NCBI GenBank assembly: GCA_045123695.1
Contig: JBGVKJ010000019.1
Coordinates: forward strand, 204,805 to 268,804
Direction: 5' to 3'
Source of the DNA: Acutalibacteraceae bacterium
Lineage (GTDB): Bacteria; Bacillota; Clostridia; Oscillospirales; Acutalibacteraceae
Length of the DNA stretch: 64,000 nt
This document shows, piece after piece, positions 46,612-54,221 of this stretch. Position 1 is the first letter of the stretch. Each line of letters starts with the position of its first letter. Both the position numbers and the translations under genes were made by a program. A model generated the notes under the pieces. The model was not told the DNA's origin. It was given only the letters and a program-made list of their open reading frames with translations, and did no database searches.

Positions 46612-46675
46612 TAATGCAGCTTTATTCGAGACCGATGTGTTTGCATCGGTCTCGCAGACTGCCTTTGCAGTCCCT

Positions 46676-46730
46676 GCGGCCGACCTGTGTCTCTCGCTTT
46701 GGGGGAGGTAGAGGTCGGCCGCATTTTTAT
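46676..46730 (+). terminator. Rho-independent terminator (long-loop hairpin) ending the rpsT 3' region
   Basis: Stem GCGGCCGACCT (46676-46686) pairs with AGGTCGGCCGC (46712-46722), followed by ATTTTTATATATTTT. Confidence 0.65.
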
Positions 46731-46748
46731 ATATTTTGCATTTAAGTC

Positions 46749-46777
46749 TTGACTTTAACGCAAAATGTAGGTATAAT
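46749..46777 (+). promoter_or_regulatory. Sigma-A-type promoter for the 52-aa ORF
   Basis: TTGACT at 46749-46754, a 17-nt spacer, then TATAAT at 46772-46777. Confidence 0.65.
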
Positions 46778-46813
46778 TTTATTATTCCAAATATTTCTGA
46801 GGAGGATAAATAA

Positions 46814-46972
46814 ATGGCAAAGAAGATTCTTAAAATAGTCGGTATTATCGCAGCTATTGCAGCTGTTGTTGCAGGTATTTATTTTGCAGTTAAGAAGATT
46901 AAGGAAAAGAAGGCTGCTGAGGCAAACGATGAGGAGAACTACGTTTCCTGCTCATGCTGTGAGGCTCAGTAA
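46814..46972 (+). CDS. 52-aa single-TM peptide with a Cys-rich C-terminus (not in the ORF track, which lists nothing shorter than 60 aa)
   Basis: MAKKILKIVGIIAAIAAVVAGIYFAVKKIKEKKAAEANDEENYVSCSCCEAQ. GAGGAGG at 46799-46805 lies 8 nt before the ATG. The unit has its own promoter and terminator. Confidence 0.6.
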   Translation: MAKKILKIVGIIAAIAAVVAGIYFAVKKIKEKKAAEANDEENYVSCSCCEAQ

Positions 46973-46984
46973 TCATATAATTAT

Positions 46985-47026
46985 AAAAAATGAGAGGTAC
47001 GGTTTGTCCGTACCTCTTTTATTTTT
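46985..47026. terminator. Bidirectional rho-independent terminator
   Basis: AAAAAA, then stem GAGAGGTACGG (46992-47002) pairing with CCGTACCTCT (47008-47017), then TTTTATTTTTA. It serves the 52-aa ORF (+) and the 47040-47654 gene (-). Confidence 0.8.
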
Positions 47027-47039
47027 ATGTTTATATTTT

Positions 47040-47654
47040 TCAGATGAATTCTTTCGGGTTTTTCTTTATAAATTCTCCGCCTGCAGCGAAAAGGTTAATG
47101 TCGTCTGTCAGCTCTTTGAATTTCTCGTCAAGCTCTGCAATTTCTTCGGGAATTACCGATGCGTTTTCGTTGTCGTCGTCGTATCTGTCGTGCATATCTT
47201 TTACGATTGCGTATGCTTGAGCCGAAAGTATCTTTTCAGCGGCGGCAAGTGCATCGCTCGTGAGAGGTTTTGTGCTCTGGGCAAAGAATGTGGACAGCTT
47301 ATCTTTCTTTGCATCGCCTGCAAGGTAGAAATATGCGTAGATAAGTTTCTGATAATCGGAGAGTGAAAGATAAAATGCAGATGTATCCTCCAATTTCTGG
47401 CATTTTGCTTCCATACAGAGAGCTGTGCCTTCAAAAAGTGTGTCGGCAGGTGCAGAAGCGATTACCTCTTCGGTCAGCTCCGAATACGCATCACGGAGCT
47501 CTTTATCACGCTTGAGTTTTGCCAAGTTTGCATTGAATTCTTTGCTGTGTCTTGATGCCGCACCAAAGGCTTTTTTGCATACAAAAGCTGTGAGTATAAT
47601 CAGGATAAACAGAATTAAGTAAAGATACCAGAAATGCTTAATGCTTTCAATCAT
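47040..47654 (-). CDS. Hypothetical membrane-anchored protein (helical cytoplasmic domain)
   Basis: 204 aa with an N-terminal TM (FWYLYLILFILIILTAFV). The remainder is helical and acidic, and I recognise no motif with confidence. It starts 2 nt after the rsmI stop. Confidence 0.45.
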   Translation of the reverse strand: MIESIKHFWYLYLILFILIILTAFVCKKAFGAASRHSKEFNANLAKLKRDKELRDAYSELTEEVIASAPADTLFEGTALCMEAKCQKLEDTSAFYLSLSDYQKLIYAYFYLAGDAKKDKLSTFFAQSTKPLTSDALAAAEKILSAQAYAIVKDMHDRYDDDNENASVIPEEIAELDEKFKELTDDINLFAAGGEFIKKNPKEFI

Positions 47655-47656
47655 TT

Positions 47657-48490
47657 TTATTCTCCTCGGTCAATTAAAATCTTGTAAATATCGCCTTTTT
47701 TAAAGCCTGTTGCTTTGGCGGCTAACTTTGCTGCTTCGCTTGCTGAAACACCTTTTTCAAGCTGTTTTGCGGCGAATTCAACGGCTTCTTCTATTGTTGA
47801 CGGTGTTTCCTCTTCTTCGGGTGCACCTTCGATTATAAGTACAATTTCACCCTTGAGATGACCGTCGGCATATTCCTCTGCGGCTTTGTAAAGAGTAGAG
47901 TGGATTACCTGCTCGTGAATCTTTGTTATCTCGCGTACGATTGCTATTTTGCGGTCGCCCAGTGCCTGTGCCATATCTTTAAGCGTTGCAGGCAGTTTGT
48001 GAGGTGCTTCATAAAAGCACATTGTGCGTTTTTCGTTTTTTATCTGTGCCAGATGCTCTCTGCGGCTTACCTTGTTTACGCTTAAAAAGCCCTCGAAAGT
48101 GAAACGCTTTGCACTCATTCCCGACAGTGCAAGTGCGGTGACGAATGCACAGGGGCCGGGGACAGAGGCGACGGGAATATTCATCTCGTGACAAAGTCTT
48201 ACAAGGTCTTCGCCGGGGTCAGATACTGCGGGCATACCCGCATCCGTTACCAGACAGCAGTTTTCACCTGCCGCAATTCGCTGTACTATATGCTCACCGC
48301 GTTCCATACGGTTGTGCTCGTGGTAGCTTACCATCGGCTTTTTGATTTCAAATCGGTTCAGCAGTTTAAGTGTAACTCTCGTATCCTCTGCCGCTATGAA
48401 ATCGCAATTTTCAAGAGCTTCAATCGCTCGCGGTGAAAAATCGCCGAGGTTGCCTATCGGCGTGCCGACAATGTAAAGTGTTCCGCTCAT
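47657..48490 (-). CDS. rsmI: 16S rRNA (cytidine1402-2'-O)-methyltransferase
   Basis: MSGTLYIVGTPIGNLGDFSPRAIEAL...IAAEDTR (tetrapyrrole-methylase fold), C-terminal HTH-like tail. The ATG at 48490 is preferred over the TTG at 48526. Confidence 0.9.
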   Translation of the reverse strand: MSGTLYIVGTPIGNLGDFSPRAIEALENCDFIAAEDTRVTLKLLNRFEIKKPMVSYHEHNRMERGEHIVQRIAAGENCCLVTDAGMPAVSDPGEDLVRLCHEMNIPVASVPGPCAFVTALALSGMSAKRFTFEGFLSVNKVSRREHLAQIKNEKRTMCFYEAPHKLPATLKDMAQALGDRKIAIVREITKIHEQVIHSTLYKAAEEYADGHLKGEIVLIIEGAPEEEETPSTIEEAVEFAAKQLEKGVSASEAAKLAAKATGFKKGDIYKILIDRGE

Positions 48491-48494
48491 TTTC

Positions 48495-49205
48495 TCACTC
48501 GGCGTAGCCGCCGTATATCCTTTCAAGTTCTTTTTCGTCGTTCATATAAAGTGTCTTTTCTGTGCTGAGCGACGGCTTTGCATCCTTCTTGCCTTCAATA
48601 AGCACAAGCCAGGGTGCACTCTTTTCGTTTTTAGCTACAAATCTCAACCTCTTCGGCTCGATTTTGTTTGCCCTCATAGAGCAGATAATATCCGTCAGCC
48701 TTTCGGGTCGGTGGCACATACAAAGTCTACCGCCGGAGCGAAGCAGCCACGCGGCCTGAGAAACTATATCCTCAAGCGTACAGCATACCTCACTGCGGAT
48801 TATCCTATGCGGCTCGTCCTCACAGTCGTATCCGCTGCCTACGGGGAAGTAGGGTGGATTTACTGTAATCAGGTCAAATGCACCTGCTTCGATATCTTCT
48901 TTAAGGCTTTTAAGGTCTTTGTTGAGTACGCTCAATTTTCCTTGAAGGTTACTCAGCTCAATACCTTTTTGTATCAGCTCGCACGCATCGGGCTGGATTT
49001 CAACTGCGGTTACGGGGTGATTCTTTTCTTCTCTTAACATAAGCAGGGGTATAATTCCGCATCCGCTGCAAAGGTCGCAGATTTTTTCCTTGCGTTTAGC
49101 GGCAGCAAAATCGTACAGAAGAAAAGCATCTGTGCCGAATGTATGTATCTCGCTGAGCACGGCAAATACATTGTTGCCAAGCGACTCTGTCTTGAATTCA
49201 GCCAT
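48495..49205 (-). CDS. SAM-dependent methyltransferase, tRNA1(Val) m6A37 (YfiC/TrmN6)-like
   Basis: DLCSGCGIIPL (motif I) and ITVNPPYF (N6-adenine NPPY motif), 236 aa. Confidence 0.8.
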   Translation of the reverse strand: MAEFKTESLGNNVFAVLSEIHTFGTDAFLLYDFAAAKRKEKICDLCSGCGIIPLLMLREEKNHPVTAVEIQPDACELIQKGIELSNLQGKLSVLNKDLKSLKEDIEAGAFDLITVNPPYFPVGSGYDCEDEPHRIIRSEVCCTLEDIVSQAAWLLRSGGRLCMCHRPERLTDIICSMRANKIEPKRLRFVAKNEKSAPWLVLIEGKKDAKPSLSTEKTLYMNDEKELERIYGGYAE

Positions 49206-49265
49206 AGCTTTTCTCCTTTCAAAGCATATTTATATTATTATAATACAGAATTCAGTTTCTTGCAA

Positions 49266-49299
49266 GTAAAAAACCGCTACTCAGTGTGAGTAGCGGTTT
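49266..49299 (-). terminator. Rho-independent terminator for the 49311-50681 gene
   Basis: Stem AAACCGCTACTCA pairs with TGAGTAGCGGTTT (49271-49299). On the minus strand it is followed by TTTTTTAC. Confidence 0.75.
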
Positions 49300-49310
49300 A
49301 ATGTTATTTA

Positions 49311-50681
49311 TCAGCCTATAGCTCTCTTGATTTCCTGGAAGAGGACATATATTCTTGTGTCCTTAAACCAAGAAAGGAATTTCTCGATGAATGTCATTTC
49401 AGTGACTTCCTCTTCCCATGTGAGAGGAGCACTGCCGTCATCGATTACGAATGCCTGAGTAAGGCACATACCGCCGTCGCCGAGAAGCTCTGCACGGATG
49501 TATGTGAAGTCCTCTGCACCTTCGATTGTGTCGAGGTCGATTGTGTATGAGCCGTTGCCGTTAACAGCCTGCTTTGCGATAACCTTACCGTCTGCAATCC
49601 ACTGAATCTGCTTTGCATCGGAGTAGTCAACGCTTACCTTATGACCGTCAGTGATAACGTTTGAGAACATCGGGTAGGGGAGATCTGTGTTTGCAACATC
49701 AATTTCCTCTGTCGGACCGATTTCAAATTCGTTTGCACGAAGCTTTCTTGTAACTGAGAAGAAAGCACCGCTCTGCATTGTTTCGTATACTTTTTCCTCA
49801 GTGTTTTCTTCCATCATGAAGATCATAAAGGAAGTGTCGATTGTCTCGAGCCAGTGAGCATCTGTGTTGCTGTAGCCGATAACGTTCTTGCCGTAGGGCA
49901 GGCAGTACATAAGGAGGTTATCCCAGAGGATTCTGTCGTAACCTGTTGTGCCGTTTCTCTCGTTGAAAACCTCTGTGCCGAGGCAGGAGTCGTACTTAAG
50001 GATAATATCACCGAAATATTTGACCATTTCGGGGTCATTGACAACATCGGGATTCTGGTTGGACTGGAGCCAGTCACCGGGATGGTTGATGTGTGAAAGG
50101 CCGTCGTTGTCGTCAACAAACTTAACTGCTTCTTCGTAGCTGTTTTCGCCGCCGTCCCAAGCGTTACCGATATCGGAGGATTTGAAGTAGCCGTTTATGT
50201 GGCTCTTTGTAAGTGTTATGTAACCGAGCTCGTTACCACCTGTAACGCAGGTCATACCTTTGCCTCTGGGCTGTCCGTTCTCAAGCGGATATGTACCGCT
50301 TGTAATGCCCTCGTACTCTTCGTCTGTAAGGTGGTTGACCTTGTTGCCGAGAATGTACTGATAGAGATAAAGGATGGGGCGAGCAGGCTCTTTGTTCCAT
50401 TCAACGCCTGTAACGCCGTGGTCAGCGTTTGCAACAAAATCGAAGCCGCGCTCGTAGTAGCCCTTGATCATTATGGGCAGATCAAGCTCAGCGTCGCTGT
50501 AGGTTGTGTGAGTGTGTGTAGTGCCTTTGTAAGCACCCCATGCGTTGTCGCCTTCCCATACAACATCAGCGTAGGGGGAAACGATTGTGTAGCTTTCATC
50601 TGCAGCAAAAGCCATAAAGCCTGCCTGCATAAGAAAAATTGCTGTGAGCAGTATGCTCAGAAGTTTTGTATGCTTTTTCAC
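49311..50681 (-). CDS. Secreted PHP-like metal-dependent hydrolase family protein (hypothetical)
   Basis: Signal peptide MKKHTKLLSILLTAIFLMQAGFMAFA. His clusters GTTHTHTTYSD, ANADHG, INHPGD and NTDAHW resemble a PHP fold. Confidence 0.5.
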   Translation of the reverse strand: MKKHTKLLSILLTAIFLMQAGFMAFAADESYTIVSPYADVVWEGDNAWGAYKGTTHTHTTYSDAELDLPIMIKGYYERGFDFVANADHGVTGVEWNKEPARPILYLYQYILGNKVNHLTDEEYEGITSGTYPLENGQPRGKGMTCVTGGNELGYITLTKSHINGYFKSSDIGNAWDGGENSYEEAVKFVDDNDGLSHINHPGDWLQSNQNPDVVNDPEMVKYFGDIILKYDSCLGTEVFNERNGTTGYDRILWDNLLMYCLPYGKNVIGYSNTDAHWLETIDTSFMIFMMEENTEEKVYETMQSGAFFSVTRKLRANEFEIGPTEEIDVANTDLPYPMFSNVITDGHKVSVDYSDAKQIQWIADGKVIAKQAVNGNGSYTIDLDTIEGAEDFTYIRAELLGDGGMCLTQAFVIDDGSAPLTWEEEVTEMTFIEKFLSWFKDTRIYVLFQEIKRAIG

Positions 50682-50734
50682 AAGGCATAACCTCCAAAAG
50701 TTTTTTTATATTATCTCATATTTTATTAATATTG

Positions 50735-52594
50735 TCAATCTGTTAATATAACTGCACCGTATGCAGGAATATCAACACTTGTGTGGTCAATACCGTTACC
50801 GCCGAGCAACAACTTTGCACCGTGCCAGTCAGTTGGCAGATAATAGGTGATAGGATGTACGTTGCGGTTGGCGATAAGCATAATTCGGTTTCCATAGGTG
50901 CTTCGCACGTATGCTATACAGCCTGCCGCTTCCGATACGGGGTGAAAACTGCCGTCATAAAGTGCAGTGTTTTCTTTGCGGATTTTTCCGAGTGCTTGGT
51001 ACCACTCGATAAGCTCGCTGTTTTCGTTACCCCAGGGGTAACAACCGCGGTTGAATGGGTCTTTATATCCCGTCATACCTGCTTCGTCGCCGTAGTATAT
51101 ACTCGGTACACCGGGTAATGTGAACTGAATTGCGGCGGCTGTTTTGAGCATTTGTACGCCGATTTCAAGCTGACCTTCCGTCAGTGTACGGCTTGCCTGC
51201 CAGCGTCTGTCGCGTCCTTCGCAGCTTTCACCGACCATTGCTGTTATAGCACGCATTGTATCGTGTGTGCCTATGTGATTCATCAGCACAGGTATACACT
51301 GCGTAGGGTAATTTTCAAGTATAGTCAGTATCTTATCTGTAAAGCCGTTTGCAATACCCGTACGCATAAAGTACATTATCGCATCAGCAAACGGATAGTT
51401 CATAACCGAGTCAAGCTGACCGCCGAGAAGATATCTTCTTCGCTTATGGTAGGCAAGTTTATTTGACGCATCTTCCCATACTTCACCGATGATAATTGCA
51501 TCGTTCTTTTCGCTTTTTACACAAGCGTTGAGCTTGTCGAGAAATTCGTCAGGTAATTCGTCCGCAACGTCAAGCCTCCAGCCTGAAGCACCGAGTCTGA
51601 GCCATTTGCGGATAACACCGTCATCACCGAAAATAAAGTTGCAGTAGCTTTCGCTTTTTTCGTTTACATTAGGCAGGGTGTCAAAATCCCACCAGCATTC
51701 ATAATCATTATTCCAGTTGCGGAAATTGTACCAAGAGTAATACGGTGAGCTTTTTGAATTGTAAGCACCCTGAGTCGGGTACCTGCTTTTTCGGTTGAAA
51801 TATATACTGTCATCGCCTGTGTGATTAAAAACACCGTCGAGAATTATATCAATTCCTTTTTCTTTTGCTTTTTTACACAGCGACATAAAATCGCTTTCAC
51901 TGCCGAGTAACGGGTCAATCCTTGTATAATCAGCCGTGTTGTAGCGGTGATTTGAATGAGCTTCAAATATAGGGTTGAGATAAATACAGGTAACACCGAG
52001 AGAAGAAATATAGTCGAGCTTTTCTTCTATGCCCTTAAGGTTACCGCAGAAGTAATCGTTGTTGAGCACCTTGCCGTTTTCGTTTGGTCTCCATTCAGGC
52101 TGTGCACCCCAGTCGTCACGCAGTATGCGGTCATCCGGGATTTCCTGCAGCACGGTTTCGGCTCTGTAAAATCTATCGGGAAAAATCTGATAAATAACAC
52201 CGCCCTTGAGCGAATCAGGCGTTTTGAAATCTTTTTGATAAACCGTAAGCTGCCAGTCTTCACCGTCGTTACAGAATTTACCGACGTTGTTTGCAACTCT
52301 TCTTATTTCACCTTTACCGTAGGGAATGTCATACTCGAAGTGATACCAATAAAGACCTGCACACTCAGGAGTGAATTCCATTTTCCACCATTCTTCACTG
52401 TTGCCTTCCATACAGTCCCACGAAAAATCGTATCTGTTTTCGCTTTCACCGTCGCGATGCCAGACGAGTCTTACTGCACTGCACTGCATATCACGCGGCA
52501 GAATTACACGTAAACAAACGGTGCAGCCTTCACAGATTGCACCGAAAATGTTTTTATGAAAATTAAGACGGGGATTGTAGGGAATATAATGCAT
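50735..52594 (-). CDS. GH13 alpha-amylase-family enzyme (neopullulanase/cyclomaltodextrinase-like, cytoplasmic)
   Basis: The four GH13 regions are present: DGVFNHTG, GWRLDVADE, IIGEVWED and NHIGTHD. N-terminal beta-domain, no signal peptide. Confidence 0.9.
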   Translation of the reverse strand: MHYIPYNPRLNFHKNIFGAICEGCTVCLRVILPRDMQCSAVRLVWHRDGESENRYDFSWDCMEGNSEEWWKMEFTPECAGLYWYHFEYDIPYGKGEIRRVANNVGKFCNDGEDWQLTVYQKDFKTPDSLKGGVIYQIFPDRFYRAETVLQEIPDDRILRDDWGAQPEWRPNENGKVLNNDYFCGNLKGIEEKLDYISSLGVTCIYLNPIFEAHSNHRYNTADYTRIDPLLGSESDFMSLCKKAKEKGIDIILDGVFNHTGDDSIYFNRKSRYPTQGAYNSKSSPYYSWYNFRNWNNDYECWWDFDTLPNVNEKSESYCNFIFGDDGVIRKWLRLGASGWRLDVADELPDEFLDKLNACVKSEKNDAIIIGEVWEDASNKLAYHKRRRYLLGGQLDSVMNYPFADAIMYFMRTGIANGFTDKILTILENYPTQCIPVLMNHIGTHDTMRAITAMVGESCEGRDRRWQASRTLTEGQLEIGVQMLKTAAAIQFTLPGVPSIYYGDEAGMTGYKDPFNRGCYPWGNENSELIEWYQALGKIRKENTALYDGSFHPVSEAAGCIAYVRSTYGNRIMLIANRNVHPITYYLPTDWHGAKLLLGGNGIDHTSVDIPAYGAVILTD

Positions 52595-52609
52595 ATAAAC
52601 TCCTTTTGC

Positions 52610-53959
52610 TTAGAAAAGAAAAGCTTTTGCAAGAGCAAAGTAGATAACAAGTGTAACGATATCAACGAGGGTTGCAATCATAGGTCCTGCCATAAGTGCA
52701 GGGTCAATTCTGACTATTTTTGCAAAAATCGGAAGCGAGCAACCGATGAGCTTTGCAACAACTATTGCAATAAACATCGCCAGCGAAACAACGAGGAAAA
52801 CTTTAATGTCGCCTTCGCTGAAGAAATACATTCGGATAATATTTGCAAGGCCGAGCACCAAACCGCAGATTGCGGCAACACGAAGCTCTTTAAATACGAT
52901 TTTGAAGTAGTCCTTGATTTCGATTTCACCAAGAGCGAGACCGCGAATGATAAGGGTTGATGCCTGACTGCCTGCGTTACCGCCCGTACCCATAATCATA
53001 GGCATGGAAGCTGTAAGTGCAACAAAACCTGCGAGAAGGGTTTCGTATCCTTCTATAATCATACCCGTAAATGTGCCCGAAATCATAAGGATAAGAAGCC
53101 AGAGAATTCTGTTTCGTGCCAGCTTGAAAACACCTGTTTTGAGGTATTCGTCGTCTGACGGGGTCATGGCCGCCATCTTTTCGAAGTCCTCTGTGACCTC
53201 TTCTTCCATAACGTCAACAGCGTCATCGATTGTGACGATACCGACAAGTCTGCCCTCGTTATCGGTTACGGGCACACTCAGAAGGTCGTATTTGCGGATA
53301 ATGTCAGCAACATACTCCTGGTCATCAAGTGTGTTTACGCTGATAAGTGAAGCGTCTTCTTCCATGATTTCGCTCAGGAAGGTGTTGTCTTCATTAAAAA
53401 TAAGCTCGCTCAGGTTGATTGTACCAACGAGGTGACGTGCCTTGTCAATACAGTAACAGGTATAAATTGTTTCTTTGTCAATACCTGTGCGGCGTATGGT
53501 TTCTATAGCTTGCGCAACCGTGAGGCTGTCGTGAAGCTGCACCATTTCTATGGTCATAATGCTGCCTGCACTGTTTTCGGGGTAGCGCAGGAAGCGGTTG
53601 ATAAGTTGTCTTGTTTCTTTGTCCGCAATCTTGAGCACACGTGTTACAACGCTTGCAGGTACTTCCTCAAGGAAGTCGACCGTATCATCGAGGAAAAGCT
53701 CGTCAACAAGTTCACTGAGCTCTCGGTCGGTGATTGAGTTAACAATATTTACCTGGTCTTCGCTTTCAAGATAGGCGAAAACTTCTGCCGAAAGGTCTTT
53801 TGGCAGTATACGGAAAACAAGAAGCTGTTGTTTGGGTTCGAGCATACTGAAGAATTCGGCGATATCAACCTCGTTCATTTCAGAAAGCTCTGATTTGAGT
53901 GTGCCGAACTTTCCTGCATTGAGCAACTCGAAAAGTTCGTCAAAAATCTTTTCATCCAT
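52610..53959 (-). CDS. mgtE: Magnesium transporter MgtE
   Basis: N-domain, two CBS domains and a TM domain with PMIMGTGGNAGSQAS. The ATG at 53959 (MDEKIFDEL...) is preferred because the upstream part of the track ORF runs through the leader terminator. Confidence 0.93.
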   Translation of the reverse strand: MDEKIFDELFELLNAGKFGTLKSELSEMNEVDIAEFFSMLEPKQQLLVFRILPKDLSAEVFAYLESEDQVNIVNSITDRELSELVDELFLDDTVDFLEEVPASVVTRVLKIADKETRQLINRFLRYPENSAGSIMTIEMVQLHDSLTVAQAIETIRRTGIDKETIYTCYCIDKARHLVGTINLSELIFNEDNTFLSEIMEEDASLISVNTLDDQEYVADIIRKYDLLSVPVTDNEGRLVGIVTIDDAVDVMEEEVTEDFEKMAAMTPSDDEYLKTGVFKLARNRILWLLILMISGTFTGMIIEGYETLLAGFVALTASMPMIMGTGGNAGSQASTLIIRGLALGEIEIKDYFKIVFKELRVAAICGLVLGLANIIRMYFFSEGDIKVFLVVSLAMFIAIVVAKLIGCSLPIFAKIVRIDPALMAGPMIATLVDIVTLVIYFALAKAFLF

Positions 53960-54182
53960 AAAAAATACCCTTTCTGCATAACGTTCCATGCAGAAAGGGC
54001 AATGCAAACTAAATCGGCTCTCTGTTACCCGATATGGGTGAGGAGGCCAATGCACGCTGAGCTGAGGGCACAGAACGAACGCTGTTTTGTTTTAAAAGCC
54101 GAGCAACATAAAGGTATGCTGTCCTTACTGTCCAAAACAGTTTGCCTCCTTTGATAGAGAATTTGAAGCGATTAACTTCATT
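53960..54182 (-). promoter_or_regulatory. Structured 5' leader of mgtE ending in an intrinsic terminator (candidate Mg2+-sensing M-box-type riboswitch, identity unverified)
   Basis: Terminator CCCTTTCTGCAT-GGAACGTT-ATGCAGAAAGGG-TATTTTTT (53999 to 53960) abuts the ATG. Long-range pairings include AGGAGGC...GCCTCCT and CTGTTTTG...CAAAACAG. By eye I could not align the canonical M-box core. Confidence 0.45.
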
Positions 54183-54188
54183 TATTCA

Positions 54189-54217
54189 ATTTTAGTCTTA
54201 TAATATCTCTTTGTCAA
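54189..54217 (-). promoter_or_regulatory. Sigma-A-type promoter for the mgtE leader
   Basis: On the minus strand: TTGACA (54217-54212), a 17-nt spacer, then TAAAAT (54194-54189). Confidence 0.55.
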
Positions 54218-54221
54218 GATT

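Noticed and set aside
52556-52960. 134-aa Cys/Asn/His-rich plus-strand ORF (looks like a metal-binding peptide)
   Set aside because: It lies antisense to the 3' part of mgtE and spans the GH13/mgtE junction. It has no RBS or promoter. The composition reflects the complement of hydrophobic TM codons.
53960-54055. 32-codon N-terminal extension of mgtE
   Set aside because: It reads through the leader terminator hairpin. The conserved MgtE N-domain starts at MDEKIFDEL (53959).
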